In this document: piece by piece, positions 31,676 through 39,707 of the stretch
Layout of the letters: every line of letters starts with the position of its first letter
Position numbering within the stretch: position 1 is the first letter of the stretch
Source: Vulcanimicrobiota bacterium
GTDB lineage: Bacteria > Vulcanimicrobiota > Vulcanimicrobiia > Vulcanimicrobiales > Vulcanimicrobiaceae
Assembly: GCA_963795855.1 (NCBI GenBank)
Contig: CAWCIZ010000001.1
Location: 480,001 to 544,000, forward strand
Length of the DNA stretch: 64,000 nucleotides
Direction: 5' to 3'
Notes under the pieces: generated by a model
Database searches by the model: none
Seen by the model: only the letters and a program-made list of their open reading frames with translations
Told to the model about the DNA's origin: nothing
Position numbers and translations under genes: made by a program

Positions 31676-32260
31676 ATGAAACGTTTGCTCGCCTGCGCAG
31701 CGTGGGGTGCTGTTGCGCTATTGCCGGTGGCCGCAGGTGCCGTACCGACTACCGTCATTACGCAAACCGCTGCCCCCGTGCAGATCAAGTCGTGTTCCGC
31801 CACAGTAGCGCTATCTGTCCCCGGGTGGTCGAACAATGGCGCGTCCTATGGCCAGTCCGGGTCCGGTGTCGCGGGAATGTCCACCAACGGCCACAGCGTC
31901 TCTTATGGGTCGGGCGATTATTCGGACCATGAAGGTTACCTTTTGGGTCCGTTTTCCGGCGGAACGGACGTCTACGCAACGGCACAGTCCGAAAATCAAT
32001 CCCAAAAAATAGTCACCGGCGTTGTCTACGAATTCAATGTACTGAAAGCGGGCAGCAGCGATCCGCTCGCGATTTTCTACGGCGGCGAAACCGGCAGTTT
32101 TGGAGAAAACGTCGTCATCTCACCGGCGAGCCGGGAAAATCCATCATGGAGCACTAGTCTCGGCGAGACACGCGTCGGCTCCATCGCCTGTTTTATAGCA
32201 TACGTGCGCTTCAGCGACGGCAGCGATTGGACTTCTCCGCTGGCTGTTGTCACGAAGTAG
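31676..32260 (+). CDS. hypothetical secreted protein
   Basis: Signal peptide, two Cys, C-terminal YVRFSDGSDW; more A/T-ending codons than neighbours. Confidence 0.75.
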   Translation: MKRLLACAAWGAVALLPVAAGAVPTTVITQTAAPVQIKSCSATVALSVPGWSNNGASYGQSGSGVAGMSTNGHSVSYGSGDYSDHEGYLLGPFSGGTDVYATAQSENQSQKIVTGVVYEFNVLKAGSSDPLAIFYGGETGSFGENVVISPASRENPSWSTSLGETRVGSIACFIAYVRFSDGSDWTSPLAVVTK

Positions 32261-32264
32261 AACT

Positions 32265-32745
32265 GCGGAGTACGCCTGTAAGCCGGATTCTGTCCCCCGG
32301 CGTGTCGCCGGAGTGACGGCCATCTCTCTTGGCCGCGCGTTGCCGCGAGGCTCGATGCGACGTAGCTCGTTCGGACGGGCAGTCCGCTCCCTCGCCGAAG
32401 CGGTGGAGATATCGAGCGGTCTTGCTTCAGGTGGGGTTTACCCGAGCGCACGTCACCGTGCGGCTCCGTGAGCTCTTACCTCACGATTTCACCCTTACCC
32501 CAAATTGCTAGCGCAATTTGGGACCCCCGTCAGTTTAACAGGCACTCCGGTGCAAGCACCTGCGTGCCCCCCACACGCAAAGCGCGTGGGTCCCCCAGCG
32601 GTCCCAAAAAAACGTTTAGCATTTGGGGCGGTATGTTTCTGTGGCACTTTCCTTCGAGTTTCCCCGACAGGACGTTATCCTGCACCCTGCCCTGTGAAGC
32701 CCGGACTTTCCTCGCCTTGCGGCGCGGCCGTCCGGCGTACTCCGC
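32265..32745 (-). ncRNA. rnpB: RNase P RNA (type A) with enlarged P12
   Basis: GAGGAAAGTCCGGGCT, AGTGCCACAGAAA, GGGTGAAA, GGTAAACCCC, ACAGAATCCGGCTTA; P1 pairing GCGGAGTACGCC/GGCGTACTCCGC. Confidence 0.97.
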
Positions 32746-32819
32746 GACGCGAGTGTACCACGCGGTGGCGTAAAAGCGAATGGCCCCGGATGCAACGCGG
32801 CCATTCAATGTTCTGAATT

Positions 32820-32895
32820 TGGTGGAGGCAAGGAGACTCGAACTCCTGACCCTTACGCTGCCAGCGTAATGCTCTACCAACTGAGCTATGCCCCC
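32820..32895 (-). tRNA. tRNA-Ala(GGC)
   Basis: Canonical cloverleaf, G3:U70, TTACG-CTGGCAG-CGTAA, encoded CCA. Confidence 0.96.
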
Positions 32896-32935
32896 GAAGC
32901 GACCCGCCATGCTTCCCGGCGGGTGCGCAACATCC

Positions 32936-33009
32936 TGGAGATGAGGGGATTCGAACCCCTGACTTCCTGCTTGCAAAGCAGGCGCTCTACCAACTGAGCT
33001 GACATCCCC
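32936..33009 (-). tRNA. tRNA-Ala(TGC), one extra base between acceptor and D stems
   Basis: GGGGATG/CATCTCC with G3:U70, CCTGC-TTTGCAA-GCAGG. Confidence 0.94.
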
Positions 33010-33144
33010 GTTTCTTCGACCGCCGCACGTTCGCAAGGTACCGGTTTCGCACCTGCAAACGTCGAACGGCCCAACGCTAAGATTCGCGTCATGCCTTGCG
33101 CGCCGCCCGCCAAAAAGCCGATACTAAAGATGGAGGCGAAGACG

Positions 33145-33987
33145 ATGATCCATGCGCTGCTTTTGGCCGCTCTGGGTGCCGTTCCGCCGTGTTGGGACGT
33201 CTTCGATGCTGCGCTGCGTCACAACGCAAACGGTGCGCATCCGCCGTACGTAACGTATAGCGAACGAATATCCGTAACTGAAGATCGCACTCCGCTCGTT
33301 TCGAGTATCGCGTATGTGGACTACCGCGACGACGGCGTTGCGCGCGTCATGGACGAGCGATTCAACTACGAACCATTCGTGACGCGTCATGCCGAACCGG
33401 GGCCGCCGGAATTGGGTCCGTATGGAACCAGGCGCGAAATGTGGCTGCCGGATGCCGGCGGCCTGCCGATCATCGCGCAGGTGCGAACGATGGGGGACGT
33501 GACGTGCACGATTGCCGATGAAGAGCCGTACAAGTCACACGAGACGTATCACTTGCATTTCAGCGGCGGACCGGCCACGCGGCCGTCGCTCAAAGACTTA
33601 TGGGTCGACACGAGAACGCGGGACATCTGGAAGCTCGAGATCACCGGTCCCGTCACGTTTTGGAGCGAAGGCAATCGCGATAACGAACTCGCGGAATTTC
33701 AAGTAGAGCTCGGCTATACCGGTCCATACCTGCTCGTGAATCATGTCGTGTGGGCGTACAGCCGCAGAGAGTATTCGCAGCGCGTCGACTATTTCGGCGA
33801 ATACACGTTCAGCGATTACGAATTTCCGGCGAAGATGCCGGCGTCGTTTTTCGGCAACGTGGCCGCAGCTTCCGATCTAGTTGCGAGCGGCCGTAAAAAA
33901 GCAGCCCCGCTTTCGCGGGGCTGCGGTATTGGTGGGCCATCCAAGGCTCGAACTTGGGACCTCATGCTTATCAAGCATGCGCTCTAA
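33145..33987 (+). CDS. hypothetical exported protein, possible LolA-like fold; 3' end doubtful because it reads through a terminator into tRNA-Ile
   Basis: GGAGG RBS before MIHALLLAALG; motifs shared with 10884-11621. Confidence 0.7.
   Translation: MIHALLLAALGAVPPCWDVFDAALRHNANGAHPPYVTYSERISVTEDRTPLVSSIAYVDYRDDGVARVMDERFNYEPFVTRHAEPGPPELGPYGTRREMWLPDAGGLPIIAQVRTMGDVTCTIADEEPYKSHETYHLHFSGGPATRPSLKDLWVDTRTRDIWKLEITGPVTFWSEGNRDNELAEFQVELGYTGPYLLVNHVVWAYSRREYSQRVDYFGEYTFSDYEFPAKMPASFFGNVAAASDLVASGRKKAAPLSRGCGIGGPSKARTWDLMLIKHAL
33895..33924 (-). terminator. intrinsic terminator after tRNA-Ile
   Basis: GCAGCCCCGC..GCGGGGCTGC hairpin with A6 on + strand. Confidence 0.85.
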
Positions 33988-34006
33988 CCAACTGAGCTAA
34001 TGGCCC
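33930..34006 (-). tRNA. tRNA-Ile(GAT)
   Basis: GGGCCAT/ATGGCCC acceptor, CATGC-TTGATAA-GCATG, encoded CCA. Confidence 0.96.
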
Positions 34007-34060
34007 GAACAAGTCCTAATCTTACCACACGGTGCAAGGCGCCCCTGCCGGCTCGGCCGA

Positions 34061-34273
34061 CTAGATCATAGCGATGTACTTCTTGAGCGCTTCGTCGTCG
34101 TCTTTGAGCTGGGCGAGCATCATGTCGCGCAGCACGTTGGCTTCGCGCTCGAGTTCCGCGCGTTCTTCCATCTCTCGATCGAACGTCGCTTGTTGCGCCG
34201 TGACGGCATCGTCGGCAGCCGGTTTGGCAGCACGCGCGGGCGTACGCGCTGCCATTTTCGTGCGATCGATCAC
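34061..34273 (-). CDS. small helical hypothetical protein
   Basis: GTGA overlap with upstream gene; C-terminus paralogous to that gene. Confidence 0.75.
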   Translation of the reverse strand: MIDRTKMAARTPARAAKPAADDAVTAQQATFDREMEERAELEREANVLRDMMLAQLKDDDEALKKYIAMI

Positions 34274-34647
34274 TCGGTAATCGACTCGATGAATTTCTTG
34301 GTAATGGCGTCGTCGGCTTTGCGCTGCGCCATCTGAACGTCGCGAAGCGTGTTCACCTCGCGCATCTGCTCCGACTTCTCGTCCATCATCTCGTCAAACG
34401 CCTCGGATTGCACTTGCATCTGCTCTTGGTGCTGAATTTGCTCGGTGTACATGTAGAGTTGGAAGGCTTCGTCGCCGGCGTTAATCGCTCCGAGGCCGCC
34501 GTTTCCCAGCGCACCGGTCAAGTTTCCGGCCGTCGTGCCGCCCATCACGCCTCCGGCGAGCGCGCCGATGCCGGCCAGCAGCGGATTTCCCGTCATCGCG
34601 TACGTCTGCGCACCCATACCCAGCGCGGAACCGATATTCATTTGCAT
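34270..34647 (-). CDS. hypothetical protein, Gly-rich hydrophobic N-terminus and coiled-coil-like C-terminus
   Basis: 125-aa ORF, M/Q/E-rich helix, operon-like spacing. Confidence 0.8.
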   Translation of the reverse strand: MQMNIGSALGMGAQTYAMTGNPLLAGIGALAGGVMGGTTAGNLTGALGNGGLGAINAGDEAFQLYMYTEQIQHQEQMQVQSEAFDEMMDEKSEQMREVNTLRDVQMAQRKADDAITKKFIESITE

Positions 34648-34656
34648 GGTGCGCGC

Positions 34657-34908
34657 CTATGCAGCGATCAGATCCGCATACGACGAGAGCGCGTTCACGT
34701 TCTGCTGCGCCGTCGGATTTTCGGCGCTGAGTTCGTCGAGAAGAGGGCTGAACGTGGGCACCGGCGTCGTTCCGCCCGACTGTGCGGACGAATTCGATAG
34801 CAACGCCATCGCGCCGGCGCCGGCTGCAACGACCGGGTTTGCCGTTTCGGCAAGGGTGAGAAGGCCGGTCGTCACGCCTTTGACGATGCCTCCGAGACTC
34901 AGGTGCAT
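34657..34908 (-). CDS. small hypothetical protein (83 aa)
   Basis: AAGGAG RBS before MHLSLGG; shares modules with both neighbours. Confidence 0.75.
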   Translation of the reverse strand: MHLSLGGIVKGVTTGLLTLAETANPVVAAGAGAMALLSNSSAQSGGTTPVPTFSPLLDELSAENPTAQQNVNALSSYADLIAA

Positions 34909-34957
34909 ACGGTAACTCCTTAAAGTGAGATGCGCAGCGCTATCACGCCCGGCCGCG

Positions 34958-35620
34958 CTAGTTGCTAGATCCGTCCTGCGCAAAAACGATCGATCCGAAG
35001 TCCGGACTATTGTCGCGCGGACGGTTCGGATACGACTGCGGCAGTTCGCTCGGGCAAAGTGCGGGCGCAGGCACCTGAAGCGATGCAAATGACGAGAGTG
35101 CATTGACTGAGGCTTGTTCGTCTTGGCTATCCGCCGACAGCGCCTGCGTCAAAGTTTCCGGCGTGTCGCCTTGGAGGTCGGCGTAATGGCGAAGGACCGA
35201 GTCGGCGTAGCCGAGTCGTCGCCCGTCTTGCCACGACGTGATGGTCCCCGAGGCGTTCGGGTCGCCGGCATTGTACGCCGAAAGCGCCCTATGAACGTCG
35301 CCGCCGTAGCGTTTGAGTAGACCCGAGATCATCCCGGCGGCGTAGTCCGCATTCGATTGCGGATCCATTGCTGCCGCAGTAGTGGCGAAGGAATGGTAGC
35401 GATCGTCGATTTGGAAGATGCCGCGGCCATGGCCGCCGTCTCCGACGACGTTGCGGCCGGCATTGCTTCCCGGACCGCCGGTTTCTTGGGCGGCTACTGC
35501 CGCCAGGAGGGCCGGGTCTACGTGATACTTCCCTGCCGCGCTGGCGATTTCGGGCGCAAAGGCCACCCCGTGGAGCGCGAGCGAGCGGGCGGTCTGCGGG
35601 ATGCTCGTGACGATACTCAT
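34958..35620 (-). CDS. lytic transglycosylase (SLT domain)
   Basis: VDPALLAAVAAQE catalytic Glu, GIFQI, ALSAYNAG. Confidence 0.88.
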   Translation of the reverse strand: MSIVTSIPQTARSLALHGVAFAPEIASAAGKYHVDPALLAAVAAQETGGPGSNAGRNVVGDGGHGRGIFQIDDRYHSFATTAAAMDPQSNADYAAGMISGLLKRYGGDVHRALSAYNAGDPNASGTITSWQDGRRLGYADSVLRHYADLQGDTPETLTQALSADSQDEQASVNALSSFASLQVPAPALCPSELPQSYPNRPRDNSPDFGSIVFAQDGSSN

Positions 35621-35650
35621 GGTGCGGTACCGTCACGACGACAACGCCGT

Positions 35651-35680
35651 TTGACAATCCGCTTCCGGGGGGTCTACAAT
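35651..35680 (+). promoter_or_regulatory. sigma70-type promoter for yceD-rpmF-fab operon
   Basis: TTGACA-18 nt-TACAAT. Confidence 0.7.
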
Positions 35681-35729
35681 GTCTCGAGTTTAGAAGGCCC
35701 CCCAAAGCCGGGCGGCCTTCCTCTATGTT

Positions 35730-36206
35730 ATGGCTTCTTCGCACAAGGTCGATATCGGTGCTCTGCTCGCGGGTGGACGTCAGCGTCTCTCCGTCGATCA
35801 GCAAGTGGCTCTGGAGCCGTTCGAGGGAATCACCTTTCCCGAACCGGCGCGCGTGCATTTGGACATGCACTCCACCGGAGACATGCTCGAGATTGCCGGA
35901 ACGATCGATGTCGGGGTCCATAGCGAATGCAATAGATGTTTGGGCGAGGTCGATCGCGCGATGCACGTCGACGTCGACGAGCAGCTTTCGACGGATGGTG
36001 AGGCGCAAACCGATCCCTTCGCCGAGAGCAACGTTCTGACGGGTGACCGTTTGAACGTCGACGATCTAACAACGCAGTTGGTGTGCAGCGCCGTCCCGCT
36101 CGGCATGCTGTGCGCGGAAGACTGCAAGGGCATCTGTCCGGCTTGCGGCGAGAACAAAAACACGGGCGCGTGCACGTGCGCACCCGACGGGGACCAGCCC
36201 GCGTAA
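35730..36206 (+). CDS. DUF177/YceD family protein
   Basis: ECNRCL, LCAEDCKGICPACGENKNTGACTC; precedes rpmF. Confidence 0.92.
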   Translation: MASSHKVDIGALLAGGRQRLSVDQQVALEPFEGITFPEPARVHLDMHSTGDMLEIAGTIDVGVHSECNRCLGEVDRAMHVDVDEQLSTDGEAQTDPFAESNVLTGDRLNVDDLTTQLVCSAVPLGMLCAEDCKGICPACGENKNTGACTCAPDGDQPA

Positions 36207-36228
36207 GGGCAAACGGAGAACGAAAACA

Positions 36229-36435
36229 GTGGCGAACCTGAAGTGGAAAACTCCGCGCAGCAAGACGCGCAGCCGTCGCGCGGCCAATTGGAAATTGAAC
36301 GCGGTGACGACGGTCGAGTGTCCGCAGTGTCACGCGCCCAAGCGCCCGCACTTCGTATGCGAGCATTGCGGAACGTATGCTGGCCGGCAGGTCATTGAGG
36401 TTAAGGACGAGCACGCCGGGCATTCACACGGCTAA
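36229..36435 (+). CDS. rpmF: 50S ribosomal protein L32
   Basis: KWKTPRSKTRSRRA..CPQC..PHFVCEHCGTY. Confidence 0.95.
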   Translation: MANLKWKTPRSKTRSRRAANWKLNAVTTVECPQCHAPKRPHFVCEHCGTYAGRQVIEVKDEHAGHSHG

Positions 36436-36438
36436 ACG

Positions 36439-37428
36439 TTGAATTCGACCGGCGTCAGGATCCTCGCCGTGGGGCATCACGCGCCGCCGGGGATTCTCAC
36501 CAATGAGGATCTGGAAAAGGTGCTCGACACCTCGGACGAGTGGATTACCACGCGCACCGGAATGAAGCGCCGTCACGTTTCCGCGCCGGAACAGGCGACC
36601 AGCGATCTCGCGATATACGCGGCGCGCGCCGCACTCGAAAGCGCCGGGCTTCAGCCTCCGGACATCGACTGTTACATCGTGGCCACCGTGACGCCGGACT
36701 TCCCGTTTCCCGCGACCGCGTGCATTTTGGCTTCGAAACTCGGCGCCGCCGGCAAAGCCGCGTTCGACATCGAGATCGCGTGCAGCGGCTTCATCTACGG
36801 CCTTACGGTTGCGTCGAGTTTGATTCGATCCGGCGTATACAAACGCGTGATGCTCGTCGGTGCGGAAACTCTGACGAAGATCGTCAACCGCATGGACCGT
36901 TCCACCGCCGTGCTTTTCGGCGACGGCGCCGGCGCGGTGATTCTCGAGGCGTCGGCCGTGGACTCGTTTCTCTCGAGCGAACTGGGCTCGGACGGAAGCC
37001 GGCCGGAAGTGTTGCGCGTGCCCGCGGGCGGATCGCGCAAGCCGCTCACGCCTTCGGGTTATGAAGCCGGCGAGCAATACATCTATATGGAAGGCCGCGA
37101 AGTCTTCAAATTCGCCGTGACGAAGATGATCGAAGCGACCGACAGCGCGCTCAAAAAAGCGAACTTGGACAAGAGCGACGTCGACTGGCTGATACCGCAT
37201 CAAGCCAATAAGCGGATCATCGATTCGGCGGCAAAATATCTGCAGATGCCGGAAGATAAAGTCGTCATCAATATTCACGAGTACGGCAATACGTCCGCCG
37301 CGTCAATCCCGATCGCGCTTTCGGAAGCGGTGCAGTCAGGGAAGATCAAGAACGGCGACGTGATCGTGTTCGTCGGTTTCGGCGGTGGTCTTTCGTGGGG
37401 CGCGGTCACTTGGAGATGGGCGGCATGA
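36439..37428 (+). CDS. fabH: beta-ketoacyl-ACP synthase III
   Basis: DTSDEWITTRTG, ACSGF, PHQAN, GNTSAAS, GFGGGLSWG. Confidence 0.96.
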   Translation: MNSTGVRILAVGHHAPPGILTNEDLEKVLDTSDEWITTRTGMKRRHVSAPEQATSDLAIYAARAALESAGLQPPDIDCYIVATVTPDFPFPATACILASKLGAAGKAAFDIEIACSGFIYGLTVASSLIRSGVYKRVMLVGAETLTKIVNRMDRSTAVLFGDGAGAVILEASAVDSFLSSELGSDGSRPEVLRVPAGGSRKPLTPSGYEAGEQYIYMEGREVFKFAVTKMIEATDSALKKANLDKSDVDWLIPHQANKRIIDSAAKYLQMPEDKVVINIHEYGNTSAASIPIALSEAVQSGKIKNGDVIVFVGFGGGLSWGAVTWRWAA

Positions 37429-38372
37429 TGCGCGTCGCCGCGATTTTTCCCGGCCAGGGCTCGCAAGTCGTTGGAATGGGCATCGATGCAGCGAACCGCT
37501 CGCGGGCCGCGCGCGGCGTGTTCGACCGCGCGAGCGACATTCTGGGGTACGACGTGCTCGAATTGCAGCGCAACGGTCCGGAAGAAAAACTGCGCGAGAC
37601 GGAGTTCAGTCAACCCGCTATTTTTACGACCAACGTTGCGCTGTACTACGCCGTCGGTGAGGTCCTGCGCCCGGTCGTGAGCGCGGGACACTCGTTCGGC
37701 GAGATCTGCAGTTTGACGATTGCGAACGCGCTCTCGTTCGACGAAGCGCTGCGCATCGTGGACGAGCGCGGTAAAGCGATGCAGTTTGCGGCGCAGCAGG
37801 CGCCGGGCGGTATGTCCGCAGTGCTCGGAATGGATGCGCCGGCGATTCGCGACGTCGTCGCGCGCGTGAAGGCGCAGACCGGCGCGCGCGTTCAGCTCGC
37901 GAACTTCAACTCGCCCGCACAGATCGTCATCAGCGGGGATTTCACTGCGGTGCAAGCCGCCGGCGATGCGCTGCTCGAAGCGGGCGCGAAACGGGTCGTG
38001 CCGCTCAATGTTTCGGGTGCGTGGCACAGCGAGCTGATGCTGCCGGCCGTGTCGCGGTTCGCGCAGGCTGTGACGGCGGCGCAATTCCGTATTCCGGAAT
38101 TCGACGTCGTGTCGAACGTGGACGCGCAAGCGTATCGCGACGTCGACGCGATCAAACGGAATCTCGTCAAATCGATTACCGATGAAGTGCGCTGGCACGA
38201 TTGCGCGCTGCAACTGCTTACGTACGATTTGGAGCTCGTCGTCGAATTCGGCGCTTCACCGGTTTTATCGCCGATGTTCAAACGCTTGCCCGGCGCGCCG
38301 CCGGTGATAAACGTGAGCGATTTTTCCGGCGTGGAAAAGCTGCGCGCCGTGCTCGACGTGATCGATGTTTAG
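37425..38372 (+). CDS. fabD: malonyl-CoA:ACP transacylase
   Basis: FPGQGSQ, GHSFGE, NFNSPAQIVISG, VSGAWHS. Confidence 0.96.
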   Translation: MMRVAAIFPGQGSQVVGMGIDAANRSRAARGVFDRASDILGYDVLELQRNGPEEKLRETEFSQPAIFTTNVALYYAVGEVLRPVVSAGHSFGEICSLTIANALSFDEALRIVDERGKAMQFAAQQAPGGMSAVLGMDAPAIRDVVARVKAQTGARVQLANFNSPAQIVISGDFTAVQAAGDALLEAGAKRVVPLNVSGAWHSELMLPAVSRFAQAVTAAQFRIPEFDVVSNVDAQAYRDVDAIKRNLVKSITDEVRWHDCALQLLTYDLELVVEFGASPVLSPMFKRLPGAPPVINVSDFSGVEKLRAVLDVIDV

Positions 38373-39108
38373 CGGGAAAACGGCGCTCATCACGGGCGCA
38401 AGCCGCGGCATCGGCCGCGCTATTGCCGTGGACCTGGTTAAGAACGGGGCCGGCGTCGCGCTGGTGGGACGCGATTCGGGCGCGCTCCAGGAAACCGTTT
38501 CCGCATGTACGGCGGCGCGCGCGGATGCAAAATGTCTGGTTTTAACCGGCGATGCCGCCGATCAAGCGGCCGTCGACGGATTCGTCGCGCAGACGGTGTC
38601 GGAGTTCGGGCGCGTGGATTTTGCGATCGCAAATGCGGGCCAGTCCATCGACGCACTTCTGCTGCGCCTCAAACCGGAAGCAATCGATCAAATGCTTTCG
38701 GTGAATCTAAAATCCGCCTTTTATTTGTGCGGTGCGGTTGCCCGGCCGATGATGAAGCAGCGCAGCGGCTCCATCGTGCTGATGTCGAGCATCGTCGGCG
38801 TGATGGGAAATGCCGGTCAGGCGGCCTACGCGGCATCCAAAGCCGGCCTGCTTGGGCTGGCCAAGTCGTTAGCGAAGGAATTGGGTTCGAGGAACATAAG
38901 AGTCAACGCCGTCGCGCCGGGGCTCATCGAAACGGCGATGACCGAAAAGATGCCGGACGAGGCGCGCGAGTATCTCCTCAAACAGGCGGCGCTCGGCCGG
39001 GCCGGAAAGCCGGAAGACGTCAGCGGAGTAGTCACTTTTCTCTGTTCGGAAGCTGCCGGGTACATTACGGGACAAACCCTAGTGGTCGACGGCGGCGTTT
39101 TAATGTAA
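38365..39108 (+). CDS. fabG: 3-oxoacyl-ACP reductase
   Basis: TGASRGIG, YAASK, in fab operon. Confidence 0.95.
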   Translation: MFSGKTALITGASRGIGRAIAVDLVKNGAGVALVGRDSGALQETVSACTAARADAKCLVLTGDAADQAAVDGFVAQTVSEFGRVDFAIANAGQSIDALLLRLKPEAIDQMLSVNLKSAFYLCGAVARPMMKQRSGSIVLMSSIVGVMGNAGQAAYAASKAGLLGLAKSLAKELGSRNIRVNAVAPGLIETAMTEKMPDEAREYLLKQAALGRAGKPEDVSGVVTFLCSEAAGYITGQTLVVDGGVLM

Positions 39109-39150
39109 CTGTCCCCGCCGCGCACGCGCGCAGGGGTGTGAAGGAGATGT

Positions 39151-39393
39151 ATGTCCACCACGTTCGATAAAGTCAAGAAGATCATCGTCGAGCAGCTCGG
39201 CGTTGACGAGTCGGAAGTGACGCCGGAAGCTTCGATCACGGATGATCTCGGCGCCGACTCACTCGACCAGGTCGAGCTCGTGATGGCCTTCGAGACGGAG
39301 TTCAACATCGATATTCCGGACGAAGAGGCGGAGAAAATCAAGACCGTCGGCGATGCGGTCAAGCGCGTCGAGGAAGCGACCGCAAAGGAATAA
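39151..39393 (+). CDS. acpP: acyl carrier protein
   Basis: [14 protein letters not shown]. Confidence 0.97.
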   Translation: MSTTFDKVKKIIVEQLGVDESEVTPEASITDDLGADSLDQVELVMAFETEFNIDIPDEEAEKIKTVGDAVKRVEEATAKE

Positions 39394-39707
39394 TCTGTGC
39401 GGCGCCCACGGGGAATGTCTAAGAAAGCAGAGGGTTTAGGCGCCGTGAGTTCTGGGGGCCCCAGCGCGAGTGGGGGGCGCGGAGCTCGGAGAAATCTGTG
39501 CGGCGCCCACGGGGAATGTCTAAGAAAGCAGAGGGTTTAGGCGCCGTGAGTTCTGGGGGCCCCAGCGCGAGTGGGGGGCGCGGAGCTCGGAGAAATCTGT
39601 GCGGCGCCCACGGGGAATGTCTAAGAAAGCAGAGGGTTTAGGCGCCGTGAGTTCTGGGGGCCCCAGCGCGAGCTGGGGGGCGCGGAGTTAGGCGGAGCGC
39701 CTTTTAA
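39392..39707 (+). repeat. tandem repeat, 101-bp period, about 3 copies
   Basis: AATCTGTGCGGCGCCC unit starts at 39392, 39493 and 39594. Confidence 0.97.

Noticed and set aside
32247..33113. Short ORFs across this region
   Set aside because: They overlap rnpB and two tRNA-Ala genes
39392..39707. CRISPR array or SRP RNA next to ffh
   Set aside because: No unique spacers; the conserved SRP domain IV motif (TCAGGTCCGGAAGGAAGCAGC-like) is not present
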